Positions 38,673-48,141 of a stretch of DNA of 64,000 nucleotides are shown piece by piece. The notes under the pieces were generated by a model, which saw only the letters and a list, made by a program, of their open reading frames with translations, was not told the DNA's origin and did no database searches. The position numbers and the translations under genes are program-made. Origin of the DNA: a bacterium (lineage in GTDB: Bacteria; Patescibacteriota; Minisyncoccia; UBA6257; JAGOQP01); the NCBI GenBank assembly GCA_021814695.1, contig JAKAHY010000003.1:20692-84691 (forward strand). The letters are read 5' to 3'. The first letter of the stretch is position 1. Every line of letters starts with the position of its first letter.

Positions 38673-39178
38673 AGCCAAAAACGGTCACGGTCAATGACAA
38701 AATGCAGAAAGGGTATAAATATACTCTAACCGAACCGGCCGGAAGAAATTTTGACCCGAGATTCAAGCCGGAGCTGACTCCAAAACAAATGCTTGAGTTG
38801 GGAGTCTTTGGCGGGAAATATATGACCGACTGCGGGAAAGAATTTCCCAAAAGCTGGTTTACGAGGGCAAAGCTTTCTCCCGAGCACCACGATGACTCTC
38901 TTAATTTTTTCCATAAGCACGCGAGCCAGCCGCTTAAAGTTTGGAGGGAAAAGTGATGGATTTATCCGATGGATCCTAGGGGTTGGTTTCAATGGTACTG
39001 CCGCTATTATATGGGGCGCAGAATTCCCGGAGAGGATGAGCGTCAGATAAAGCGTTGGCTGGCGATAAGGCGCCATATCGCGCAATTGAAAAAAAATTGC
39101 CGAAAAGGTGACCTTAAATGCCGGCCCGTCCAAAGGCAGGCGTTGCTCCATTGGGCGTACGACTCCCGCCGTTATTAA
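38669..39178 (+). pseudogene. Conserved hypothetical gene interrupted by a single in-frame TGA (38954-38956). The two halves (MKPKTV…VWREK / [14 protein letters not shown]…) are in the same frame
   Basis: Frame arithmetic (38954-38669=285). The ATG overlaps the upstream stop (ATGA). TGA is a genuine stop elsewhere in the window. Confidence 0.5.
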
Positions 39179-39215
39179 AATATCGACTCCGGTCGAATTT
39201 TGGTATAATGGATTT

Positions 39216-39776
39216 ATGAACAATACAAAATTTATAGCAATTCTTATCGTCGTGGCTTTGGTCGTTGTTGGGGTTTATATGCTTGAAAACAGAAACGCAA
39301 CAGCTCCCGTTGTTTCCATGTCCGGCCAGACCCAAACATCGTTTGACCCGATGAATGCCACTTATAATATAGATGGTAAAGCTTACGCGCTCGTCAACGG
39401 AGTATCGGAAGTAGAGGCCGCTCCCGGATCGGCGTCAAAAATAACCACCCGTTATTTTGGCAATCAGGCCAGCGGAGACCTTAACGGAGATGGAGTGCCC
39501 GATTATGGATTTTTGATTACCCAAGACGGGGGAGGCAGCGGAACTTTTTTCTATGCGGTTGCGGCGATAAAAACGTCTTCCGGATATCAAATGACAAACG
39601 CCTATATTTTGGGAGATAGGATTGCTCCTCAGACTACGGAAATTATGGGTCAGGAGTTGGTGGTAAATTATGCGGATAGAAATCCCGGTGAGCCGATGAC
39701 CGCCCAGCCATCTTTGGGAGTATCAAAATATTTTAAAGTTACGCCCGATAATCAGCTTTTAGAAATTACTCCGTAG
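39216..39776 (+). CDS. Secreted/membrane-anchored hypothetical protein (start at MNNTKF…; the ORF track extends to 39108)
   Basis: TATAAT 8 nt upstream of the ATG. Signal/TM helix. Confidence 0.5.
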   Translation: MNNTKFIAILIVVALVVVGVYMLENRNATAPVVSMSGQTQTSFDPMNATYNIDGKAYALVNGVSEVEAAPGSASKITTRYFGNQASGDLNGDGVPDYGFLITQDGGGSGTFFYAVAAIKTSSGYQMTNAYILGDRIAPQTTEIMGQELVVNYADRNPGEPMTAQPSLGVSKYFKVTPDNQLLEITP

Positions 39777-39807
39777 TTATTTTTGGCGATAGTTATATAA
39801 TAAACAT

Positions 39808-40110
39808 ATGAGAGGATTTATTAATTTTATTCGTGAACAGGGAGTTGTGGGCCTTGCGGTCGGATTTATTTTAGGCGGCGCGGTATCCAAAGTAGTCTCT
39901 GCCCTGATAACCGACATTATCAATCCGATTTTGGGATTAATTTTGGGATTGGCGGGGGATTTAAAAACAGCATCGTTTGGCATCGGTTCGGCACAGGTTA
40001 TGTATGGGGATCTTATCAGTGTGCTTATAGATTTTATCGTGATTGCGCTGGTTGTTTATTTCGGAGTCAAAGTCATAGGGCTCGACAGATTGGATAAGAA
40101 AAAGGAATAG
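39808..40110 (+). CDS. mscL: Large-conductance mechanosensitive channel MscL
   Basis: FIREQGVVGLAVGFILGGAVSKVVSALITDIINPILG matches the MscL TM1 region. 100 aa. Confidence 0.88.
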   Translation: MRGFINFIREQGVVGLAVGFILGGAVSKVVSALITDIINPILGLILGLAGDLKTASFGIGSAQVMYGDLISVLIDFIVIALVVYFGVKVIGLDRLDKKKE

Positions 40111-40240
40111 TAGCCGGTAATAAAAAGACCGGTTTTTTATATCCCGAATGTAATTGACTAAATTATTAAATAATGATATAATCTTTTTGTGAACTAAAGC
40201 AGTACTTTACAACAAAACCAAACCGGAAAGGAGGCGTCAG

Positions 40241-40855
40241 ATGAGCGCGGAGCTGTTTGGCCTTCTTTCGGGAGGCCTCGTGGTGGTGAGCATTATCCCA
40301 TACTCAATTCGGACGTATCAGAGGAAAGTTGCTCCGAGACTCACGAGTTGGGCGCTTTGGTCATCGATCGGACTCATTCTGCTCCTCACTTACAGAAGTT
40401 CGGGAGCGGAAGCAAACATCTGGCCGGCAGTTTTCGGATTTTTCAATCCGATGCTTATCGTGCTTATCATCATCATAAGACAGCGCGGTAAGTTGGAATG
40501 GCCGAACAATCTGGAGATTGCCTGCATCGTGATCAGCATGACATCTCTTGTCATGTGGGTCATGGCGCATGAGAACAAAGAGCTTTCGCAATATGCTCTA
40601 TACATGGCGATCGTCGCCGACATCTTCGCTTCGATTCCGACCATCGACTTTGTATGGAGGCATCCGGACGAAGATCGGCCGTTTGCTTGGGCGTTGTTTG
40701 CAATTGGATACGGACTCGCGTTCTTCGCGATTCCCGAATCCACATTTGCAAACTACATTTTGCCCGCCTACATGGTTACCGCTTCTCTCAACATCATGTT
40801 CCCGTTGGTTTTGTACAGGCTAAAGAAAAACATTCCACTCAAAGAGTGGATCTAG
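40241..40855 (+). CDS. Hypothetical polytopic membrane protein (204 aa), moderately GC-rich
   Basis: Promoter TTGACT-17-TGATATAAT, RBS AAAGGAGG. 6-7 TM helices. Confidence 0.55.
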   Translation: MSAELFGLLSGGLVVVSIIPYSIRTYQRKVAPRLTSWALWSSIGLILLLTYRSSGAEANIWPAVFGFFNPMLIVLIIIIRQRGKLEWPNNLEIACIVISMTSLVMWVMAHENKELSQYALYMAIVADIFASIPTIDFVWRHPDEDRPFAWALFAIGYGLAFFAIPESTFANYILPAYMVTASLNIMFPLVLYRLKKNIPLKEWI

Positions 40856-40950
40856 CCCCGCATAGAAGATTCTATTTCTCCTGCGGGGTTTTTGTTTTAA
40901 TTTTGCGATGATATAATAACCTTAGAACACAACACAAAAGGAGAGTGTTT

Positions 40951-41327
40951 ATGGGTAAAGGCCGAAAACTTAGCCTTAAGAAAGCCAAAGAGAATTTGGG
41001 CAAGGCGATGGAAGAAGGGGATCCGAAGAAAATCGCTGCCGCTGCCGCAAGAGTGATGCTGGCCGATCCCATGTCAAATAATGTTTTTTGTACGGCCTCG
41101 CTCTTTTACCGCTGCTTTCTAAATTGGTTAAGGACAAGCGATATGAGCCCTACGTTGACCATGTCATCAGGCCGATGATTTTGGCGGAAATGAAAGAGAT
41201 AAAAAAGAAGGTCGGCAAGCCTCTTCCAAGGCATTACAAGGAGATTGTCATTAAGTCATTTATGTACGCGCTCAGGAAACCGTTGCGGAAAAACAAAGCA
41301 CCTCAGGAATCAAATAAAGAAGAATAA
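40951..41327 (+). pseudogene. Small basic protein gene apparently split by a frameshift at a T6 homopolymer (41084-41089). Adding one T fuses the two ORFs into ~125 aa
   Basis: RBS AAAGGAGAG. The two ORFs (40945..41178, 41088..41327) are contiguous in shifted frames. Confidence 0.45.
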
Positions 41328-41474
41328 CCGGGAAAGCCCGGATTTTTTTATAAAGAATTGACTTAGGTATTTGCTTTAGATAGCGCTTTTTAATATTCAA
41401 AACCTTTTTGAGGGCTTTATTTAACCATAAAAAACGTCTATAATAGGGATTATAATAATAGTCTAATTTAATTA

Positions 41475-43040
41475 ATGAAAAACATTCTTTTCAAAGTGTG
41501 GGGGTTTGTAAAACGTCGATGGCTTTTGGTTTCTATTCTTGTGATTATTCTTTTGGTTGTCGTTCTCTTGTTTAGCAAGGGCAATGGCGCCATTTCAACG
41601 GTTGCCGTAACCAGAGGCTCGGTTGTTTCTTTGGTAAATATCACCGGACAAGTAAGGCCGCCACAAAGTTTGGATATGGCTTTCTTGCAGGGGGGAAGAA
41701 TAGCAAAAATATATGTTTCCGTGGGAGATAAGGTTTCAGCCGGACAAACTCTGGCTCATTTGGAGAACGCCGATCTTGTTGCTCAGGTGGCTCAAGCGGA
41801 GGCCAGCGTTAAATCGCAGCAGGCTCAATTGGACGAGCTTGTAAACGGAACGCGCCCCGAAACTTTGCAATCCAAAAAAGCCGAACTCGACCAGGCTAAA
41901 GCGCTTTTGGCCAGTTATCAGACCAATGCCATAAACGTTCTTAACGATGCTTATGCCAAATCGGATGATGCGGTGAGAAAACAAACCGACGGAATGTTTA
42001 ATAACGATAATTCAAATTATCCGACACTGACTTTTTCTTCCGGTGATGCCCAAGCCGTTATTGACGCTCAATCGCTCCGGGTAAGTGCCGGATCCGAATT
42101 AAGCAAATGGCAAACCGAGCTTTTGCAGCTGCAATCCGGATTCACCTCAGATTCCATAGACGCGGCGCTTGCCAGCGGACAAAACCATCTGACGGTTATC
42201 AGAAACTTTCTTCAAAGAGTTTCGGATGCGCTCGAAAGCCCCATAGGGATATCCGCCGCTACCGTCGATTCCTATAAACTTAACGTCAATACCGGACGCA
42301 CAAACGTAAATACCGCTTCAACCAACATTACCAGCCAACAGCAGTTGATTGTTTCCCAAAAATTATCCGTAGATAAAATCCAAAGCGACTACGATCTGCT
42401 CGTTGCCGGTTCGACCCCCGAACAAATTGCCTCCCAACAGGCGCAGGTTGATGAAGCCAAAGCAAACGCTCTATACCAGGAAGCCTTGTACGAAAAAACT
42501 TTAATCAGAGCTCCGTTTGACGGAACCGTTACAAGATTGCCGTTTAGGCAAGGAGATACGGTCACGATAAGCGACGCGGTGGTTTCTCTCGTGGGAACCG
42601 GAAAAATGCAGATTGAAGGAAGCGTTGCCGAGACCGATATATCCAGGGTAAAAATAGGGGAATCGGCTCAGGTGACGCTGGATGCTTATGGACCGAACGT
42701 TATTTTCGATGCCAAAGTTATAAAAATAGACCTTTCGGCAACGGCATTGGAAGGAGTCGCCACCTACAAGACAACTTTAGAATTCAATCAGATGGACTCT
42801 CGGATTTTACCGGGACTGACCGCCAACGTTGATATTCTTTCGGACAAACGGGATAACGTTTTGTACATTCCTACCCGTGACGTAGTGGAGCAAGAAGGAA
42901 AAAAATATGCCAATGTTCTTGTTAATGCCGAAGACAAGCAAACCAAGCAGGTTGAAATAACTACCGGCCTCAGGGGTTCGGACGGAAAAACCGAAATAAC
43001 TTCGGGGCTTAACGAAGGAGATTCGGTTGTGGCTGAATAA
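41475..43040 (+). CDS. HlyD/MacA-family periplasmic adaptor (second paralog)
   Basis: N-terminal TM, coiled coil, LIRAPFDGTVTRLPFRQGDTV. Confidence 0.82.
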   Translation: MKNILFKVWGFVKRRWLLVSILVIILLVVVLLFSKGNGAISTVAVTRGSVVSLVNITGQVRPPQSLDMAFLQGGRIAKIYVSVGDKVSAGQTLAHLENADLVAQVAQAEASVKSQQAQLDELVNGTRPETLQSKKAELDQAKALLASYQTNAINVLNDAYAKSDDAVRKQTDGMFNNDNSNYPTLTFSSGDAQAVIDAQSLRVSAGSELSKWQTELLQLQSGFTSDSIDAALASGQNHLTVIRNFLQRVSDALESPIGISAATVDSYKLNVNTGRTNVNTASTNITSQQQLIVSQKLSVDKIQSDYDLLVAGSTPEQIASQQAQVDEAKANALYQEALYEKTLIRAPFDGTVTRLPFRQGDTVTISDAVVSLVGTGKMQIEGSVAETDISRVKIGESAQVTLDAYGPNVIFDAKVIKIDLSATALEGVATYKTTLEFNQMDSRILPGLTANVDILSDKRDNVLYIPTRDVVEQEGKKYANVLVNAEDKQTKQVEITTGLRGSDGKTEITSGLNEGDSVVAE

Positions 43041-43049
43041 TTTCGCAGC

Positions 43050-43772
43050 ATGGAAAAGCTCATAGAGGTAAAAAATTTAACCAAAGTATACGAGGAGGGG
43101 GATTCCAAAACCTTTGCCGTAGACGATATTTCCCTGACCATCGACAGGGGAGAATTTGTTTCCATAGTCGGACCTTCCGGTTCCGGAAAATCGACCCTGA
43201 TGCATATTTTAGGATGCTTAGACAGGCCGACTTCGGGAAAATATTTTTTTAACGGCAAAGAGATTAATTCATATTCGGACGAGGAGCTTGCCAAAATCCG
43301 GAATAAGGAAATAGGGTTCGTGTTTCAGGCATTCAATCTTCTGCCGCGTTTATCGGTAATGGAAAACGTTATGATGCCGCTGGTGTATGCCGGAATTCCG
43401 GAGTCCAAGCGGTTGACACAATGCGAAAGAGCCGTGGATTTGGTCGGGCTTCATGACAGGGAAAAATATCAGACGGCAAAATTATCCGGCGGACAGAAAC
43501 AAAGAGTCGCCATTGCCAGAGCCATCGTAAACGAGCCGGCGATAATATTTGCCGACGAACCTACCGGAAACCTGGACTCAAAGTCCGGGGCGGTTGTTTT
43601 GGAATTTTTGCAGAAGCTTAATAAAGAGGGACACACGATAGTTATCGTTACCCACGAAACTTACGTAGCCGAATCCGCCAGAAGAATAATCTCTATAAAG
43701 GACGGTAAAATAGAAAGCGATATGAAAGTCGAACATCAGAGAATTGTTTCCAAAGACGCTTTAATAAAATAA
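43050..43772 (+). CDS. ABC transporter ATP-binding protein (MacB type, paralog)
   Basis: [36 protein letters not shown]. Confidence 0.93.
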   Translation: MEKLIEVKNLTKVYEEGDSKTFAVDDISLTIDRGEFVSIVGPSGSGKSTLMHILGCLDRPTSGKYFFNGKEINSYSDEELAKIRNKEIGFVFQAFNLLPRLSVMENVMMPLVYAGIPESKRLTQCERAVDLVGLHDREKYQTAKLSGGQKQRVAIARAIVNEPAIIFADEPTGNLDSKSGAVVLEFLQKLNKEGHTIVIVTHETYVAESARRIISIKDGKIESDMKVEHQRIVSKDALIK

Positions 43773-45014
43773 ATGAAAACCAAAGATACTCTAAAAATTG
43801 CAGTCGAAGGCCTGACTACGCATAAATCGCGTACGATGCTGACAATTCTGGGAATAGTTATCGGAATCGCTTCGATCATGCTTGTGATGTCCATCGGGCA
43901 AAGTGCCCAGAATCTGATATTGGGTCAGATACAAAGTTTCGGCCCGACTCTCGTGTCGGTGCACCCGGGACGCCGGCCCCAAAGCTTGGCGGGATTTACG
44001 GGAGTTCTTTTTAACGATTCGCTAAAACAGCGGGACGTTGATACGCTTGCCCAGAAAACAAACGTACCCGACGCGGTTCGTATCGCGCCTTACGTTTTTA
44101 CCAGCACTCCGGTTTCTTTCGGATCGGAATCGTATACAACTTTTGTCATGGGCAGTTCGCAGGATGTTTTTAATTCCTTCCATTTGGACGTAGCCCAGGG
44201 AGTCGCTCTTACGGACTCGGATGTCGCCTCAAGAAGCTCAGTGGCTGTTATCGGACAAAAATTGGCAAACGAACTGTTCGGCGCCAATAATCCGATAGGA
44301 CAAAACATAAAAGTCAAAAATAAAAATTTCAGAGTCATAGGGGTTCTTGCTCCAAAGGGACAGATGGTTTCTTTGAACTGGGATGAAATTGTCTTGACTC
44401 CTTATTCTTCTCTTCAGCAATATGTTTTGGGAATACATTATTTTAACGAAATTTCGGTTGAGGCCAGTTCTTTGGCGACCGTACCGACGGTGATTGCCGA
44501 CATAACCAGAGTTCTCAGGCAAAACCACAACATAACGGATCCGACAAAAGACGACTTTTATATTCAAACTCAGGAAGATGCGGCCAATACCGTCAGCTCC
44601 ATTACCGACATTCTTACATTACTGCTCACCTCCGTTGCCGCTATTTCGCTTGTAGTGGGCGGAATCGGAATTATGAATATAATGTTGGTTTCGGTTACCG
44701 AGCGAACCAGGGAAATCGGGTTGAGAAAATCTTTGGGAGCAACCGATAAAAATATACTTGTCCAATTTTTGACCGAGGCCATTATGCTGACTCTTGCGGG
44801 CGGAATAATCGGAATTATTTTAGGTACGTCTTTAGGACTCGCGATAACTTATATGATAGATAAATTCGGCGGCCTTTCGTTTCCGTATTCGTTTTCTCTT
44901 TCGGGAGCGATATTGGGCGTTATAGTTTCGAGCGTCATCGGATTGGCTTTCGGAATATTTCCGGCAAGGCAGGCATCCCAAAAGAGCCCGATTGAGGCTT
45001 TGCGTTACGAATAG
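43773..45014 (+). CDS. ABC transporter permease, MacB/FtsX family (paralog)
   Basis: Domain architecture as in 18483..19706. Confidence 0.88.
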   Translation: MKTKDTLKIAVEGLTTHKSRTMLTILGIVIGIASIMLVMSIGQSAQNLILGQIQSFGPTLVSVHPGRRPQSLAGFTGVLFNDSLKQRDVDTLAQKTNVPDAVRIAPYVFTSTPVSFGSESYTTFVMGSSQDVFNSFHLDVAQGVALTDSDVASRSSVAVIGQKLANELFGANNPIGQNIKVKNKNFRVIGVLAPKGQMVSLNWDEIVLTPYSSLQQYVLGIHYFNEISVEASSLATVPTVIADITRVLRQNHNITDPTKDDFYIQTQEDAANTVSSITDILTLLLTSVAAISLVVGGIGIMNIMLVSVTERTREIGLRKSLGATDKNILVQFLTEAIMLTLAGGIIGIILGTSLGLAITYMIDKFGGLSFPYSFSLSGAILGVIVSSVIGLAFGIFPARQASQKSPIEALRYE

Positions 45015-45034
45015 AAACTCCGTTTTTTGTTATC

Positions 45035-45185
45035 CACAGCCATTATTGACGCTGTATATTGATAAGGTACAATAAGAGAGCATAAAGCAATTTATTCCAA
45101 TCGTTGCTTATGTTCGCCAAGGGCGAATCGGTTTCTTGGTGTGAGGCCTTGAAATCAAAAAGTAAGGATTGGGCTTCAAGGTCCC
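45035..45185 (+). promoter_or_regulatory. Promoter TTGACG-17-TACAAT followed by a ~110-nt structured leader ending in an intrinsic terminator (CCCCTCCG-TTTG-CGGAGGGG plus T-run), immediately upstream of the ITPase gene
   Basis: Direct reading of the hairpins. Geometry typical of riboswitch / attenuator leaders. Confidence 0.5.
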
Positions 45186-45191
45186 CTCCGT

Positions 45192-45785
45192 TTGCGGAGG
45201 GGATTTTGTGTATATGGAGAATTATTATCGGCTTATGATATAATCGCGTTTATGTTATCTATAGCAGTCGGAACAACTTCCGAACAAAAAATAGGATATC
45301 TCAAGGAAGTATTAAAGGAGCTCAATATTGATGCTCAAATTTTTCCGTGCGAGGTAAAAAGCTTGGTTTCCGAACAGCCGTTGACTTCGCAGGAAACAAA
45401 AGAGGGCTCAATTAACCGCGCCCGGCACGCATTCGAGCTGACAAAAGAATCGAGAAAGTCCGTTGATTTTGCAATCGGAATCGAGGTCGGATACGAAATA
45501 AACGAAAAGGGAAATTACGAAATATTTTGCTGGACTTCGGTTATTGACGGGAAAGGAGACACTATATCGGGGCAATCGAGTAATTTTTTGATGCCCAATT
45601 TATTTCAGAAAGTAATCAAAGAAGACAAATATGTTTATCATTATCTTGATGAATATATGGCGAGCCACAATGACGTCGTAGAAAAAGCAGTCGGAGAAAT
45701 GATCCGCAACAGAAAGCCGTTTATAGTGGATGCCACAAGAAAAGCTCTCATGTACCATCTGAAGAAAGAAGATTTTAAACAATAA
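45192..45785 (+). CDS. YjjX-family non-canonical purine NTP pyrophosphatase (ITPase/XTPase). The likely true start is ATG 45252
   Basis: SEQPLTSQETKEGSINRARHAF … GIEVGY … DGKG … RKPFIVDATR. Compare E. coli YjjX: EQPFGSEETRAGARNR. Confidence 0.7.
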   Translation: MRRGFCVYGELLSAYDIIAFMLSIAVGTTSEQKIGYLKEVLKELNIDAQIFPCEVKSLVSEQPLTSQETKEGSINRARHAFELTKESRKSVDFAIGIEVGYEINEKGNYEIFCWTSVIDGKGDTISGQSSNFLMPNLFQKVIKEDKYVYHYLDEYMASHNDVVEKAVGEMIRNRKPFIVDATRKALMYHLKKEDFKQ

Positions 45786-45795
45786 TCAAAAACAG

Positions 45796-46728
45796 ATGAA
45801 AAAAGCGGTTAAAATTATTTTTTTGATTGCCGTTGTGGGGGTTGCCGGATACGCGTTCCGCAACCAATTGGAATTTGTCGTTTCGAGATTTAAAACCCAA
45901 TTTTTACCCTGCCAGCAGCCGATAACATATTCCATCGGTTCTTTTGATTCGCGGTTCGGCATTACAAAGGAAAACTTTCTCACAGACGTGAATAAAGCGG
46001 TTCAGATATGGGACAAGCCGGTTAACAGGCAATTATTCGAATATTCTCCCACGGGAAGTTTGAAGATTAATCTTATTTATGATTATCGTCAGGAGGCTAC
46101 AAACAAACTTCAGCAATTGGGTATAGTCGTGGATAACACCAATAGCTCATATGACGCAATCAAAACAAGATACGACACGATGATGGCCGACTATCAGCAG
46201 AAGAAATCGGCATTGGATGTTCGCATCGCATCTTTTCAAAGCCAGCAAGACGCGTACAACGCGGAAGTCAGTTCGTGGAATAAAAAAGGAGGAGCGCCGG
46301 AAAATATTTACAATCAGCTCAATCAGCAAAAAGCTTCCCTGGATGCGGAAGTTGTCGCCATAAATCAGGAGGAGTCGGTTCTGAATGCGGAGGCGACAAA
46401 CATCAATGCTTTGATTGTCGCATTAAATCAACTGATTAACGAATTAAATCTGAACATTTCCCAATATAATGCCGTAGGCGGACAACAAGGGGGAGAATTT
46501 GAAGAGGGGAGTTTTCAAAGCGGTCCGGCAGGTGAATCGATTGATGTCTATGAATTTAGCAGTCAGGATAAACTCATCAGGGTATTGGCGCATGAACTTG
46601 GGCACGCGTTGGGTCTTAATCACGTTAATGATCCTAAAGCGATCATGTACAGATTAAATTATTCAACCAACGAAAGTTTATCGACCGCGGATCTGGCGGC
46701 GTTAAAATCATTGTGCGGTATAAAATAG
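45796..46728 (+). CDS. Secreted metzincin-type zinc metalloprotease with coiled-coil region
   Basis: HELGHALGLNH (HExxHxxGxxH) plus Met-turn AIMY. N-terminal signal/TM. Confidence 0.75.
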   Translation: MKKAVKIIFLIAVVGVAGYAFRNQLEFVVSRFKTQFLPCQQPITYSIGSFDSRFGITKENFLTDVNKAVQIWDKPVNRQLFEYSPTGSLKINLIYDYRQEATNKLQQLGIVVDNTNSSYDAIKTRYDTMMADYQQKKSALDVRIASFQSQQDAYNAEVSSWNKKGGAPENIYNQLNQQKASLDAEVVAINQEESVLNAEATNINALIVALNQLINELNLNISQYNAVGGQQGGEFEEGSFQSGPAGESIDVYEFSSQDKLIRVLAHELGHALGLNHVNDPKAIMYRLNYSTNESLSTADLAALKSLCGIK

Positions 46729-46755
46729 TGCGCTTATTCCGGATTCTTGTGTGTA

Positions 46756-46784
46756 TTGACAATTATATTTATATATGATATACT
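46756..46784 (+). promoter_or_regulatory. Consensus sigma70 promoter TTGACA-17-(TGa)TATACT driving the GC-rich RNA
   Basis: Direct reading. Confidence 0.65.
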
Positions 46785-46790
46785 AACATC

Positions 46791-47121
46791 GTTGTACACT
46801 TAATAATGTCTAAGGTGTGTTCGGGGAGGCGCATATCGCGACGAAGCGTAATGTGCCAAACCGGACACCTCCAAAGGCGCTTCGAGCGCCAGACAGTGGA
46901 CCGATGGTCCACACGGGGCGGCTAGTGCTGCTCCACGAGTCCGGCCGTCAAGAATCGGTAATATCCGGCGGCATCAAGCGGATCAACCCGAAAACCACGG
47001 CTCGACTCCAAACACCCGGGGTAGCGCCCATGCATGCCAACCGCGGCTAAGTCCGCAACCGGCTCATAGGGTAATGCGCCCCACTCCAACAACAGGACGT
47101 TTCTTCGGAAACGTCCTTTTT
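46791..47121 (+). ncRNA. Candidate structured ncRNA (~330 nt, ~60% GC) with paired 5'/3' ends (GGCGCAU/AUGCGCC) and an intrinsic terminator. Identity unresolved
   Basis: Promoter plus terminator (GGACGTTTC-TTCG-GAAACGTCC-TTTTT) on the + strand. No credible ORF. Confidence 0.5.
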
Positions 47122-47186
47122 CATTTACCTTTATTTGGCAATTAGTTCTATAATTAAGATATTAGAATTAACCTGTTTAATTTAAT

Positions 47187-47480
47187 ATGACTCCACAACA
47201 ATTAAGGGAAAAACTGGCCAAAGGAGAAAAGGTTAAGATACTCGATGTCCGTGAGCGCGAAGAATATGAGCAGGGAGATAAAATAGAAGGGGCCGAAAAT
47301 ATGCCTATGGGCAGGGTTTTTGTAGAAGCTCAAAAAGGAACATTGCCGAAAGATGAGCATATAGTGACCGTATGCAAAACCGGAGGCAGGTGTGAAATTG
47401 TCGCCCGCGAACTCAAAAACAAGGGTTATAATATAGAGCATCTTGAGGGAGGAATAGATGAGTGGAAAAAACAAAATTAA
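47187..47480 (+). CDS. Single-domain rhodanese-like sulfurtransferase
   Basis: Active-site loop CKTGGRC. 97 aa. Confidence 0.82.
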   Translation: MTPQQLREKLAKGEKVKILDVREREEYEQGDKIEGAENMPMGRVFVEAQKGTLPKDEHIVTVCKTGGRCEIVARELKNKGYNIEHLEGGIDEWKKQN

Positions 47481-47540
47481 GATACAGATAGAAATAAGTT
47501 AATACAAAATAAATTGTCGGGTTTGTGATATAATTTACCT

Positions 47541-47720
47541 ATGAAGAACAAATTTGAAGGAATTTTTGAAATAATTGCGGCACTTATAGTTCTGTTTTCT
47601 TCGATGTGGGATCCGAAAATTTCGATTGTTTTGTCAGTCTCCGCACTGATTATTTTTGGTGTCATTAAATTATTGACCGGCGAAAAAAATAAAAAGTCGC
47701 AGCCGGAAATTAATAACTAA
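47541..47720 (+). CDS. Possible small membrane protein (59 aa), below the ORF-track cutoff
   Basis: Hydrophobic ORF after a TATAAT-like box. The annotated antisense ORF 47477..47665 looks less plausible. Confidence 0.3.
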   Translation: MKNKFEGIFEIIAALIVLFSSMWDPKISIVLSVSALIIFGVIKLLTGEKNKKSQPEINN

Positions 47721-47728
47721 AATAAAAT

Positions 47729-48133
47729 ATGAAAGGTTTTGTAGATAATATAGAGAAGCTTTCATTGGAGAATGAAAACTTCCGCAAAGTTTTGTACACC
47801 GCAAAAAACAGCCAATTAGTGGTGATGAGTCTGTTGCCGGGAGAAGAAATCGGAATGGAGGTCCATCACTTGGATCAATTTATAAGAGTCGAATCCGGAC
47901 AGGGGAAGGCTATTTTGGATGGAGTTGAGCATGATATAAGCGACGGATTTGCCGTAGTTGTCCCGGCCGGGACAAATCACAACATCATCAACACCTCTCA
48001 AGCGGAAAAGATGAAGTTGTATACCGTTTACTCTCCTCCGAATCACAAAGACGGAAAAATACACGTTACCAAAGCGGATGCCGAGGCCGACGAAGGCGAG
48101 CACTTTGAGGGCGTGACAACCGAACAAATGTAA
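47729..48133 (+). CDS. Cupin-domain protein
   Basis: Cupin motifs G(x)5HxH…(MEVHHLDQFIRVESGQG) and PAGTNHNIIN. Confidence 0.75.
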   Translation: MKGFVDNIEKLSLENENFRKVLYTAKNSQLVVMSLLPGEEIGMEVHHLDQFIRVESGQGKAILDGVEHDISDGFAVVVPAGTNHNIINTSQAEKMKLYTVYSPPNHKDGKIHVTKADAEADEGEHFEGVTTEQM

Positions 48134-48141
48134 ATCAATTT

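Noticed and set aside
38555-38956. Track ORF start at 38555, overlapping the preceding gene by 118 nt
   Set aside because: The internal ATG at 38669 overlaps the upstream stop (ATGA) in the usual coupled arrangement, so the shorter start is used.
46791-47121. tmRNA assignment for the 330-nt unit, and also for the GC-rich segment at 9762-9900
   Set aside because: There is no tRNA-like T-arm (GGUUCGAnUCC) or 3' CCA-adjacent acceptor, and no plausible tag reading frame ending in an ALAA-like peptide. The acceptor G3:U70 geometry is absent.
47477-47665. 62-aa minus-strand ORF from the track
   Set aside because: It is antisense to a more plausible 59-aa + strand membrane ORF (47541..47720) preceded by a TATAAT box, and has no RBS of its own.
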